Shown here one piece after another: positions 1 through 9,330 of a stretch of 64,000 nt of DNA. The DNA lies in the sequence record SRR31156797_967; one strand, given 5' to 3'. Position 1 is the first letter of the stretch. Each line of letters starts with the position of its first letter. Under the pieces are notes generated by a model. It saw only the letters and a program-made list of their open reading frames with translations, ran no database searches and was not told the DNA's origin. The position numbers and the translations under genes were made by a program.

Positions 1-1
1 G

Positions 2-400
2 GCAGATGACTATATGGTTAAGCCATTTGATCCCAAGGAGCTAATTGCAAGAGTCAGAGCAATCCTTAGACGTGCAAACAAAAATAAACCTAGTGTTAAC
101 TATATTGAATTTGATAAATTGAAAATTAATATGGATACTTATTCTGTTGAATATTTAGATGAGATAATGGAACTTCCGCCTAAGGAAATGGAGTTATTGT
201 TCTATCTTGCACAACATAAAAATAATGTTTTTACCAGAGAGCAATTGCTGGAACAGGTGTGGGGATTTGATTACTTTGGTGATTCACGTACAGTTGATGT
301 CCACATCAAACGCTTAAGAGAAAAATTCCCGCCTGAGGCAGATGTCTCATGGCGAATTAAAACTGTTTGGGGAGTTGGGTATAAATTCGAGGTTAAATAA
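2..400 (+). CDS. OmpR/PhoB-family response regulator (5' truncated by window edge)
   Basis: Frame reads ADDYMVKPFDPKEL...; winged-helix C-terminus with SRTVDVHIKRLR and KTVWGVGYKF. Confidence 0.95.
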   Translation, partial: ADDYMVKPFDPKELIARVRAILRRANKNKPSVNYIEFDKLKINMDTYSVEYLDEIMELPPKEMELLFYLAQHKNNVFTREQLLEQVWGFDYFGDSRTVDVHIKRLREKFPPEADVSWRIKTVWGVGYKFEVK

Positions 401-1810
401 ATGTTGCGAAGTATATATGCTAGAATGCTTGTTACTTACATTCTTATAACATTTTTTATTCTTCTGTTTCAGTCGGTAATTCTGATACAGCTATTGAGAA
501 GCAGTTATGTTGATACAGCTTCTGTTGTTGCTGTAGAACAGGCAGAACAATTATCCAGAGAAGTATCTGACCATTACAGACGGAGTCATATGTCTATAAA
601 AACGTTAGTTGATGTTTTAAAAAAGAAAAATTCTGAAGAATCTAGTATATGGTTGATTGATGAAAATAGTTTGATAATTGATGTAAGCCAAAATGATAAA
701 CTTTATTACAATAAAGAGGCAATTACACAAGCTATTGAGAGTGCTTTTGCTGGACAGAATGTGATTTTTGAGGACACGTTCAATATATCTATATACGATA
801 CTACAATAAGTATTTCAACCCCACTGTATATTGAAGGCAGTGTAGAGTATGCACTCTTAGTACATACGCCTATTGATGCAGCAAAAGGAATTAACTATGA
901 ATTCTATAAATATACATTGCTTGCTGGTTTCATTGCAATTGTTATCTGTATGATTTTGATATCAATTTCATCTAAACATATATCATATCCAATAAATCAA
1001 CTTAGCAAGATGTGTATAGGTATCTCAAATGGCAATTATAGTGTTAAGATTAAAACTTCAGGAGAAGATGAGATTGGACAACTGGCTGAAAGCTTCAATG
1101 TTATGGCATCTCAACTAAAGCGAAATGATGAGCTTCGAACTAATTTCGTAGCGAATGTATCCCATGAACTACGTTCTCCGATTACTTCAATTCATGGATT
1201 TGCTCAAGGAATGCAAGACGGTACTATAAAGGAAGATGAGTATGATAAGTATCTGGGAATTATACTTGATGAAACCAACAGGCTTAAAAAATTGGTAACT
1301 GAATTACTGGATTTATCCCAGATAGACTCTGGCGAATTTCCGCTACACTTCAGGAAGTTTGATATTAACGAGTTGATTCGAAGAGTAATTATAAAATATA
1401 TAGATCGAATGGAAGAAAAGAACATACAAGTGGAGGTGGACTTTGAAGAAGAGTTTGCATTCGTCTATGCAGATAGTGACAGAATCAATCAGGTATTGGT
1501 TAATTTGCTTGATAATGCAATAAAATTCACTCTGTATAACGGAACAATAAAATTAAGTACAAAAAGAGTGATAGAAAAGATTTGGGTAAGCGTCACTGAC
1601 ACAGGACAGGGCATTGTTGAGGAAGAACTTTCAAATGTATTTGAAAGGTTCTATAAGTCTGACAAGGCACACTCTGAAAAAAATGGGACAGGTCTTGGAC
1701 TTTCTATAGTAAAGAAAATCCTTAATGAGCATGGCGAGAAGATATCGGTCTCGTCTGAATTTGGCAAAGGCACTACATTTGTCTTCACATTGACAATTGT
1801 AGATATATAA
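401..1810 (+). CDS. HAMP-domain sensor histidine kinase
   Basis: Two TM segments, HAMP (DEIGQLAESFN), H-box NVSHELRSP, N-box NLLDNAIKF, G-boxes DTGQGI and GTGLGL. Confidence 0.95.
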   Translation: MLRSIYARMLVTYILITFFILLFQSVILIQLLRSSYVDTASVVAVEQAEQLSREVSDHYRRSHMSIKTLVDVLKKKNSEESSIWLIDENSLIIDVSQNDKLYYNKEAITQAIESAFAGQNVIFEDTFNISIYDTTISISTPLYIEGSVEYALLVHTPIDAAKGINYEFYKYTLLAGFIAIVICMILISISSKHISYPINQLSKMCIGISNGNYSVKIKTSGEDEIGQLAESFNVMASQLKRNDELRTNFVANVSHELRSPITSIHGFAQGMQDGTIKEDEYDKYLGIILDETNRLKKLVTELLDLSQIDSGEFPLHFRKFDINELIRRVIIKYIDRMEEKNIQVEVDFEEEFAFVYADSDRINQVLVNLLDNAIKFTLYNGTIKLSTKRVIEKIWVSVTDTGQGIVEEELSNVFERFYKSDKAHSEKNGTGLGLSIVKKILNEHGEKISVSSEFGKGTTFVFTLTIVDI

Positions 1811-1836
1811 AGCAATAAATTTTACGGAGGTAAAAA

Positions 1837-3069
1837 ATGGAACAAGAAAATAAAAAATCAAACAAAGGCTTGCTTGTCTTTATAATACTGATAATACTTA
1901 TAACTGCAGCAGGTGGGTATTTATATCAGCAGTATGGAGCAGGAAGCGAAGCAACTAACGATACAAGAGCAGCACAAGAGACGGAAGGTTTAGTGATAGA
2001 ACCGACAGCTACGCCAATGGAGGAATCATCAGAAAGCACGTTGGAAGCAACACCAACACCAACGCAAGAACCAACACAAGAAGTATCTTCAGGGCAAAGT
2101 ATAGTTCAAAAATATGAAGATGTTCCAGATATAGTGGAGGCTGTATCCCCAGGTGTTGTAAGCGTTCTGTGTTATACAGAAACTACGTATGGTGCACCAG
2201 GTGTCCAAGAAGTAGATGATACTGAAGAATCTTCATCAGGTTCAGGAGTAATTTATTCAGAAGATGGCTATGTGATTACAAATAATCATGTTATTGAAGA
2301 TGCATCAAGAATTGAAGTGAAAATGCAGTCAGGAGAAGTTTATGAAGCTTCTGTAGTTGGAAGTGACAGCTATGTTGATATTGCTGTTTTAAAGATTGAA
2401 GCAGAAGGATTGACAGCATTACCGCTAGGTGATTCGGATCTATGCAGAGTAGGTGAATTGATACTTGCTATTGGTTCTCCTCTTGGACAGGAATTATCTG
2501 GAACAGTTACATCAGGCATCGTATCAGCAGTTGACAGAGAAGTGGTTGTTGATGGAATCTCATACTATATGCTTCAGACAGATGCTGCAGTTAACCCAGG
2601 TAACAGCGGCGGACCAATGGTTAATGTTAATGGTGAAGTTGTAGGTATAATGACCATCAAGAGTTTATACTCACAGTCAGGAGTAACAGCAGAAGGTATC
2701 AGTTATGCTATACCATCGAATAAGGTAGAGGATAGTATTTCCCAGATTATTGAGTATGGTGAGATTGAAAGACCATTTATCGGTGTTATGGGAACTACAA
2801 TTGATGAAACTTACGCAGCTTATTTCGGAACACCTGAAGGATTTTTGATTCAGGATTTATTCGAAGGCGGACCTGCAGAGGCTGCTGGAATAATGAAGCT
2901 GGATATTATCGTTGCTATGAACGGTGAAGAAGTAAAGGATTTAGCTTCACTATATGAAATATTGAACAAGCTTGAGATTGGAGAAATTGCAAAAGTAACA
3001 GTTTACAGACAATCAGAAGAAGCTGAGTTTACCTATGATATTGTATTAGGTTCCAGTGTAGATTACTGA
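1837..3069 (+). CDS. htrA: HtrA/DegP-like membrane-anchored serine protease with PDZ domain
   Basis: N-terminal TM, Thr/Pro/Glu linker, triad motifs TNNHV, DIAV, NPGNSGGP; C-terminal PDZ; GGAG RBS. Confidence 0.93.
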   Translation: MEQENKKSNKGLLVFIILIILITAAGGYLYQQYGAGSEATNDTRAAQETEGLVIEPTATPMEESSESTLEATPTPTQEPTQEVSSGQSIVQKYEDVPDIVEAVSPGVVSVLCYTETTYGAPGVQEVDDTEESSSGSGVIYSEDGYVITNNHVIEDASRIEVKMQSGEVYEASVVGSDSYVDIAVLKIEAEGLTALPLGDSDLCRVGELILAIGSPLGQELSGTVTSGIVSAVDREVVVDGISYYMLQTDAAVNPGNSGGPMVNVNGEVVGIMTIKSLYSQSGVTAEGISYAIPSNKVEDSISQIIEYGEIERPFIGVMGTTIDETYAAYFGTPEGFLIQDLFEGGPAEAAGIMKLDIIVAMNGEEVKDLASLYEILNKLEIGEIAKVTVYRQSEEAEFTYDIVLGSSVDY

Positions 3070-3091
3070 TTAAATAATTATTAATACTACT

Positions 3092-3125
3092 AACGGGTTA
3101 GTCAATTAGATTAGCCCGTTTATTA
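3092..3125 (+). terminator. Intrinsic terminator after htrA
   Basis: AACGGGTTAGTC-aatta-GATTAGCCCGTT hairpin followed by T-rich tract. Confidence 0.7.
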
Positions 3126-3337
3126 TTGCCCGATTTATTTATACTCTGTTGCTTCTGAAATATCAGCTTCAATCAACTTGAGTTCACCGTTATTGTTCTT
3201 AATTTAATATAATGCACGTTCAGTATGCAAGCAAAATGCAAGCTATTCGTAGCTAAGTAGTGCTACGTGTCCAAATATATGGAAATCAAGCACCTAAAAA
3301 TAGATGCTTGACGTTATAAGTAGTATATGAGAAATTT

Positions 3338-4177
3338 CTAGTTTTTAAATGCCACCATGACACAACCGGGTCCAGCGTGTGTTCCTACTACAGAACCAAT
3401 TTTTGCTGCTATGATACCACTGGGTTCAAAGTGCTTTAGCAGGAATATACTTAGCTCATCGAACTGTTTTTCATCATAAGAATGAGCCAGATAGATTTCT
3501 TTGCCGCTGATTGTCTTGTTGCGAGTTTCAATTAGTTTCTTAATTTCTATCAATGCTTTCTTTGTTCCTCGTGCTTTTGCTACAGTTTCAACCAAACCAT
3601 CTTTTACTGTTACTATTGGTTTGATATTCAAAGCATCACCTATTACTGCTGATGAAGCCTTAATTCTGCCGCCTTTTTTCAGATATTTGAGAGTATTGAT
3701 AATGCCGTAAAGTACAGAATTCTCTGTGTAATCCCTTGCAACAGCTATAATTTCTTCCAAGGATTTACCTGCCTGCACAGCTCTTGCGGCTTCTACTACT
3801 ATCTGACCAAGTGCCAAGGTGGTGGTTCTAGAATCTATGATATGTATTTTATCATAATTAATGTGTTCTTTCGCAATCATTGCAGATTGAATTGTACCGC
3901 TCATCTCAGAACTAATATGAATACAGATTAAAGTATCCTTGTTGTCTTTTGCATGTGAAAAAACTTTTTCAAATTGTTCTGGCGTTACCTGAGAGGTTGT
4001 AGGTAGATCTTCTGCAGCAATCAGTTTCTCATAGAACTCATCATTGGTTAAGTCGACACCATCTACAAATTCTTCTTTACCAAAGATTACTTTTAAAGGC
4101 AGGATAGTAACGTCTAGTTTTTTAGTCAGCTCATTTGATAAGTCGCATGTTGAGTCAGATACGATTTTTATTGCCAT
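3338..4177 (-). CDS. DegV/FakB-family fatty acid-binding protein
   Basis: MAIKIVSDSTCDL start (RBS AAAGAGG; the 4297 start is an over-extension), PTTSQ, ISSEMSGT, LKKGGRI, VGTHAGPG. Confidence 0.95.
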   Translation of the reverse strand: MAIKIVSDSTCDLSNELTKKLDVTILPLKVIFGKEEFVDGVDLTNDEFYEKLIAAEDLPTTSQVTPEQFEKVFSHAKDNKDTLICIHISSEMSGTIQSAMIAKEHINYDKIHIIDSRTTTLALGQIVVEAARAVQAGKSLEEIIAVARDYTENSVLYGIINTLKYLKKGGRIKASSAVIGDALNIKPIVTVKDGLVETVAKARGTKKALIEIKKLIETRNKTISGKEIYLAHSYDEKQFDELSIFLLKHFEPSGIIAAKIGSVVGTHAGPGCVMVAFKN

Positions 4178-4403
4178 GTATGCCTCTTTCTTAGCAGTAC
4201 AAAAAAGATAAATGAATAAATAATAACGGTTATTAGCACTACTAACTATATTTCGATTTATTGTAACATATATTAATAATATGTCAAATCCAATCAATTA
4301 TTCTAGTGATAAATAATAAATTCACACACAATAAATGCTTCTAATGTAATATTGTGTAAATATAGATAGTATTACTGTGTTATTATTCGATTTTATAAAT
4401 GAT

Positions 4404-6665
4404 TTATAATGTAGAACTGATTTTTATTACAATTATATGGTTGGTTGAGCTCAGTCTCCTTGTTGAGACTACATCATATCCTTTTGGACAGAAAAATTGA
4501 TGGTTTGACATCTCTGGAAGCACAATATCGAAAACAATTTCATCCTGATGTTTCTGCCATGATACTGAAATCAACTCATTTTTGTGGGTTACAATCTTAC
4601 CATATGCGTATTCGAAATATGCTACTAGTGATGGATTGATTATTATATTGTCATATCCAGGAGACATATAGTCAAGATTAATACCGACAATTGAGCGAAT
4701 ATACCAAGGAACAAATGAACCAAGAGTTAGCGAATTGTGAGAGCCCTTGCCGTCAAATCGATTCCATAGAGTTGATGAGCCTTTTTTTGCCATATAACCA
4801 TAAGAGGGGAAGGATTTTTTGTTCATCATTCCATAGGCAACGTTTCCATGACCATATTTAGTCAGCATGTCAAGGAGAATAGGAGTGCCGAATGCACCAG
4901 TATCCAGATTGCCTTCGCATTCATCTGCAATATAATCAGCCATATTTTGAGCAACTTCATCTATGTCCTTCTTTGGCACTGCATTAACCCAAAGAGCAAA
5001 TGCATTTGCGCCCTGCAGACCGTTTAGGAATGTTCTTTTTGTAGGATTATACCATTTCCTTGTAATTTTTTTTATAATATTATTGCACAGGATTACATAC
5101 TCTGATGAGTCAATGTCCAGCTCTTCACATACATATACCATAAGTCTCCCTAAATATGCGTAGATACATGTATTGACAAACTCACGGCTGATTTCTATTT
5201 TTTCTGGAGTGTTGAATTCTCCGATACTCAAATCATTATGAGTTCCTTTAATTATATAATCATCACCAGCTAAGCTCATTAAGTACTTCATATACATTTT
5301 CATTGAACGTACACATTTGCTTAATATATGAATATTTCCTGTTTCCTGATAGTATTTAAATGGCAGGACAATAACAGCTGCTCCCCAGCCAATACCGCCT
5401 CTTCCACCCATAAAGGGAGCAGTATTTGGAATATAGCCAGTTATCAAATCCTGTGAATCAATCAAGTCATCAATCCACTTTTCTACTAGTTTAAATGAGT
5501 CAAATGTCAATAGCAAGGATTCGGATACCAGCATTCCCAGAGCAGTATACGCTGATCTGTCTCTGTGAGGATTAACAGTTACCACACTGCCGTGAATATT
5601 TGATCGCTGGGTATTAATATACATGCTGTAGATATTGTTGTATAATTCATTTGAGCAGTAAAAGCTCCCTTTTTGCTTAATAGATGTGCTAATCTGCTTT
5701 GCTCTTAGTTCAAAAATATCAGCTGATGTTTCAACCTGAATGTATCTGAATGCAGCCCAGAAAAACTTAGGACTGTAGTACTGAATCATGCTAAGTGCAT
5801 CATTTAAAATGTAGGTTAATTTCTGTATTTTATTAGTTGTTCTGGATGTTGTAGATGTATAATCCAAAACGTTATTGTCATCAATTTCCTCTGCAAAGCT
5901 AAGAACCACTTCCTGACCTTTTCGACCAGATACACCAATAAGTACACAGCCAGTAATATTTTTACCAATGTCATAGACTGCACGGTTATAGTCTCTGTAT
6001 ATTAGTTTTGGCAGATATGTCTGCTGAATCTTATCTGTAGGGCAGTCCTGCAGTACCAATAGTCCAGTAGGTGCAGGAGCTTCCTTGCAGTGTCTCCATG
6101 TGGTCAGGTCACATTCGGGCAGACACCAATCATATATTGTCTTATTCGCATCAAAAACTTCTCCATAATATACACTACTGTATATTATTGGACTTTCGTT
6201 GTAGTACCATGATTCGTTGCTAACAACATATAGCTTCTTGCCATCTTTCAATTGAATTTCTAGATTAACTATAGCTTTGGGAATGTCATAGGAATAATTG
6301 CCGTCAATATTTGACCTTTGCTGTTTGTAGAAGCCATTGCCCAGCCACATTCCAATACCATTTTCGCCTTTTTTGATATGCTTTGTAACGTTGTATTCCA
6401 AATAATAGACTTTGTGTCTTGTTTTAAGAGTAATATCCGGCTGGATATGGTCAAGAGTACGGTAATCATAGTCTGTTTGGGCAGGAACAAGAACATCATC
6501 GCTTATTCTCATACCATTAATATATGCCTCGAAATATCCTAGTCCAGTGCACCACAAAGTGGCAGATTCAATCTCTGCCTGTATAATAAAAGATTTTCTG
6601 AACAGCGGTGATTCTATATTTGCATCTCCGCATATCCACTTGCTCCCTCTAAAATGGTCGTTCAT
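4404..6665 (-). CDS. GH78 alpha-L-rhamnosidase-like protein, catalytic motifs degenerate
   Basis: PLFRKSF, GLGYFEAYINGMRI, GNGFY, YYGEVFDA, FRYIQV, PSYGYM typical of GH78; the DCP.RE..WxGD and LWE motifs are altered. Confidence 0.88.
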   Translation of the reverse strand: MNDHFRGSKWICGDANIESPLFRKSFIIQAEIESATLWCTGLGYFEAYINGMRISDDVLVPAQTDYDYRTLDHIQPDITLKTRHKVYYLEYNVTKHIKKGENGIGMWLGNGFYKQQRSNIDGNYSYDIPKAIVNLEIQLKDGKKLYVVSNESWYYNESPIIYSSVYYGEVFDANKTIYDWCLPECDLTTWRHCKEAPAPTGLLVLQDCPTDKIQQTYLPKLIYRDYNRAVYDIGKNITGCVLIGVSGRKGQEVVLSFAEEIDDNNVLDYTSTTSRTTNKIQKLTYILNDALSMIQYYSPKFFWAAFRYIQVETSADIFELRAKQISTSIKQKGSFYCSNELYNNIYSMYINTQRSNIHGSVVTVNPHRDRSAYTALGMLVSESLLLTFDSFKLVEKWIDDLIDSQDLITGYIPNTAPFMGGRGGIGWGAAVIVLPFKYYQETGNIHILSKCVRSMKMYMKYLMSLAGDDYIIKGTHNDLSIGEFNTPEKIEISREFVNTCIYAYLGRLMVYVCEELDIDSSEYVILCNNIIKKITRKWYNPTKRTFLNGLQGANAFALWVNAVPKKDIDEVAQNMADYIADECEGNLDTGAFGTPILLDMLTKYGHGNVAYGMMNKKSFPSYGYMAKKGSSTLWNRFDGKGSHNSLTLGSFVPWYIRSIVGINLDYMSPGYDNIIINPSLVAYFEYAYGKIVTHKNELISVSWQKHQDEIVFDIVLPEMSNHQFFCPKGYDVVSTRRLSSTNHIIVIKISSTL

Positions 6666-6708
6666 TTCACTCCCCTAAATAAGTATAAACACTATAACAT
6701 TATATAAT

Positions 6709-6738
6709 AAAAACGCTGGCTTTACCAGCGTCTTTTTT
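6709..6738. terminator. Bidirectional intrinsic terminator downstream of zinc-ribbon gene
   Basis: AAAACGCTGG-cttta-CCAGCGTCTTTTTT. Confidence 0.7.
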
Positions 6739-6771
6739 GATTACAAATTTAATAATTGAACTATACGTTTA

Positions 6772-7053
6772 TTAATATTTATTATCACGTTTCTTTGCAA
6801 AACAATCATTGCAGTATACCGGCTTGTCTTCCTTTGGCAGGAATGGTACTTGACAGTTTGCACCACATTCGTCACATACTACATTGTACATTTCTCTTGG
6901 GCGTCTGCGTTCCGTTTTGCGCTTTTGTCTGCAGTCACTGCAGCGCTTTGGCTCGTTTTGGAAGCCTTTTTCAGCATAAAACTCTTGCTCTGATGCGCTG
7001 AATACGAATTCACTTCCACACTCTACGCAGGTTAATTTCTTGTCCTCGTACAT
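6772..7053 (-). CDS. Small double zinc-ribbon protein (zf-trcl plus CxxC-x17-CxxC domains)
   Basis: CVECG..FSASEQEFY..KGF.NEPKRC..C followed by CDECG..VPFLP...PVYCNDCF; AAGGAG RBS. Confidence 0.92.
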   Translation of the reverse strand: MYEDKKLTCVECGSEFVFSASEQEFYAEKGFQNEPKRCSDCRQKRKTERRRPREMYNVVCDECGANCQVPFLPKEDKPVYCNDCFAKKRDNKY

Positions 7054-7116
7054 AATTTTCTCCTTTGGTCTCGCTGTGAGATTAGTTTGGTAGTCTTATA
7101 CATACCAATGGTAATC

Positions 7117-7145
7117 AGTATATCAGCCTTTTATACAATTGACAA
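7117..7145 (-). promoter_or_regulatory. SigA-type promoter for zinc-ribbon gene
   Basis: TTGTCA-N17-TATACT with extended TG on the minus strand. Confidence 0.6.
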
Positions 7146-7257
7146 GCTAAATTTATATATTATTTCAACAAGAAAATTGTTTTGATTAGTGTACAGTTGA
7201 TAATAATAGTTACAATACGAGCAAATAAAACACGTAATAGCACCTGTTACATTCCAA

Positions 7258-7286
7258 CACAATTGATGTCTCTTAAACATATTATA
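7258..7286 (+). promoter_or_regulatory. Putative SigK/SigE-type (mother-cell) promoter upstream of mazF
   Basis: CACA-N16-CATATTATA, matching the B. subtilis SigK pattern mACm-N16-CATAnnnTA. Confidence 0.45.
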
Positions 7287-7322
7287 CTAGTATGTATTAC
7301 TAGGACATAGGAGTGAAAACAA

Positions 7323-7691
7323 ATGGTTAAAAGGGGCGAAATATATTACGCTGATTTAAATCCTGTGGTTGGCAGTGAACAGGGGGGGATGCGCCCAGTG
7401 CTGATTATACAAAACGATAAAGGCAATCTCCATAGCCCTACTGTAATCATAGCTGCAATAACATCTAAGCCAAATAAGAAGCCGCTGCCTACCCATATAG
7501 AGTTACCGTCTCATATTTTGGGGCTTGATAAGACATCTGTAGTATTAGCTGAACAAATACGAACCATAGATAAGAAGCGTCTGCGGGAAAAAATCGGATA
7601 CTTGGACGAAGAAATTATGGAGAAGGTAGACAGTGCACTTCAGATTAGTTTTGGGGTCAGCAGTCAGCAAGATAAACGAGACACTAAATAA
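7323..7691 (+). CDS. mazF: PemK/MazF-family endoribonuclease (NdoA/EndoA-like), no adjacent antitoxin
   Basis: KRGEIYYADLNPVVGSEQGGMRPVLIIQND..N..SPTVIIAAITS, EQIRTIDK.RL. Confidence 0.95.
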   Translation: MVKRGEIYYADLNPVVGSEQGGMRPVLIIQNDKGNLHSPTVIIAAITSKPNKKPLPTHIELPSHILGLDKTSVVLAEQIRTIDKKRLREKIGYLDEEIMEKVDSALQISFGVSSQQDKRDTK

Positions 7692-7732
7692 TGCAATAAT
7701 ATTTATATTAATACAAGATTAGCAAAATACTA

Positions 7733-7846
7733 TTGACATTAGTATATATTTAGATGTATTATCATAATAAGTTAATTGAATATATGGTGAAGAAATGAGA
7801 GCCGTACTAATCCCTGTAAAAGGGGGAGTAGTACGGCTATATTTTT
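7733..7846 (+). promoter_or_regulatory. SigA promoter plus leader terminator (probable GlpP-type antitermination leader)
   Basis: TTGACA at 7733, TATTAT at 7757; hairpin AGCCGTACTA...TAGTACGGCT (7800-7838) plus T tract lies before the start codon of the dehydrogenase. Confidence 0.6.
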
Positions 7847-7872
7847 ATCTAAATTTATAGAGGTGAAATGGT

Positions 7873-9330
7873 ATGGAAAACATTTTTGACGTAGCTATAA
7901 TTGGGGCAGGTGTATCAGGATGCTCTGTTGCTATGAATCTAGCGAAGTACAATATCTCTGTTGCAATACTGGAGAAATCCCTGGATGTGGCTATGGGAGC
8001 AACAAAAGCAAATTCAGGTATTGTGCATGCAGGATATGATTGCGAGCCGGGTACATTGATGTCAGAGCTCAATGTTAAGGGTGCACTAATAATGGAGGAC
8101 TTGTGCAAAAGGCTGAATGTACCGTATTGCAACACATCTTCTTTGGTAATAGGTTTTAATGAAGAGGATAAAACGGTGCTTAATAAACTAATGGAAAAAG
8201 GAAAAGCCAATGGGGTAGAGCAATTGTCTATAGTAGATGGCGATAAGGCAAGAGAAATTGAGCCACTACTAAATAGGGATGTGATTTGTGCTCTACATGC
8301 AAAGACAGCAGGCATAGTTTCTCCATATGAATTGTGCATCGCAATGTGTGAAAATGCAGTAGAAAATGGAGCAAAGCTGTATTTGGACTTTGGTGTAGAT
8401 AAGATACAAAAGGATGACTATTATACAATCTCATCAAAAAGCAAAAACATAAAAGCAAAATATGTAGTAAATGCTGCAGGGATATATGCTGATGAGATAT
8501 CAAAACTAGCAGGAGCTGAGAATTTCGAGATATTACCCAGAAAAGGGGAATATATTCTATTTGATAAGAAAACAACAACAAAAATAAACACTGTATTGTT
8601 CCAGACACCCAGTAAAATGGGCAAAGGAGTATTAACTGCTCCAACCGTACACGGAAATATTTTTGCAGGGCCTACAGCAATAGATATTGAAGATAAAGAA
8701 GATGATTCAACAACACTAGAAGGATTAGAACTTGTTATGGCATCTTCAAAAAAGACTGTCCCAGAGTTAAACTTCCGTGAAGCTATTACTCAATTTGCTG
8801 GAATTAGAGCCATATATAATGGAAAGAAAGATTTTTTTATTAAAAATAGTGATGTAGTAGAGCATTTTGTTCAGGTTGCAGGCATCTGTTCACCAGGATT
8901 ATCTGCATCACCAGCAATTGGAGAATTTGTTGCTGAACTCCTAAAAAAAGATGGGCTAACACTAGTAGAGAAGGATAACTACAAATTAACCCGAGAGTTC
9001 GCCAAACCTTTTAGCCATATGAATGCAGAGGAAAAAGAGGAAGCATGCAAAAAGGATAAAAGATATGGCAAGATTATCTGCAGATGCGAAACTGTCACCG
9101 AAGCTGAAATAGTTGCAGCAATTCACTCAAAAGTTCCAGCATTAACAATTGACAGCATTAAAAGAAGAACCAGAGCATCGTTAGGTAGATGTCAGGGGGG
9201 ATTCTGTGTACCGAGAATCATGGATATACTAAAGCGTGAGATGGGATTAGAGTATAGTGAGATTGTGAAGTCTACCAAGGATTCGTGGATAATAGCACAT
9301 GACTTAAGGGAGGACTCAAGCAATGAATAA
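7873..9330 (+). CDS. FAD-dependent oxidoreductase, glycerol-3-phosphate dehydrogenase type, with C-terminal BFD-like [2Fe-2S] domain
   Basis: GAGVSG, ATKANSGIVHAGYD, SPGLSASPAI, CRCE...GRCQGGFC. Confidence 0.9.
   Translation: MENIFDVAIIGAGVSGCSVAMNLAKYNISVAILEKSLDVAMGATKANSGIVHAGYDCEPGTLMSELNVKGALIMEDLCKRLNVPYCNTSSLVIGFNEEDKTVLNKLMEKGKANGVEQLSIVDGDKAREIEPLLNRDVICALHAKTAGIVSPYELCIAMCENAVENGAKLYLDFGVDKIQKDDYYTISSKSKNIKAKYVVNAAGIYADEISKLAGAENFEILPRKGEYILFDKKTTTKINTVLFQTPSKMGKGVLTAPTVHGNIFAGPTAIDIEDKEDDSTTLEGLELVMASSKKTVPELNFREAITQFAGIRAIYNGKKDFFIKNSDVVEHFVQVAGICSPGLSASPAIGEFVAELLKKDGLTLVEKDNYKLTREFAKPFSHMNAEEKEEACKKDKRYGKIICRCETVTEAEIVAAIHSKVPALTIDSIKRRTRASLGRCQGGFCVPRIMDILKREMGLEYSEIVKSTKDSWIIAHDLREDSSNE

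Noticed and set aside
3134-3200. Minus-strand coding-like fragment KNNNGELKLIEADISEATEYK*
   Set aside because: Only ~21 codons with an upstream stop and no start; cannot be supported as a gene
4178-4297. N-terminal extension of DegV ORF
   Set aside because: Family homology and RBS place the start at 4177
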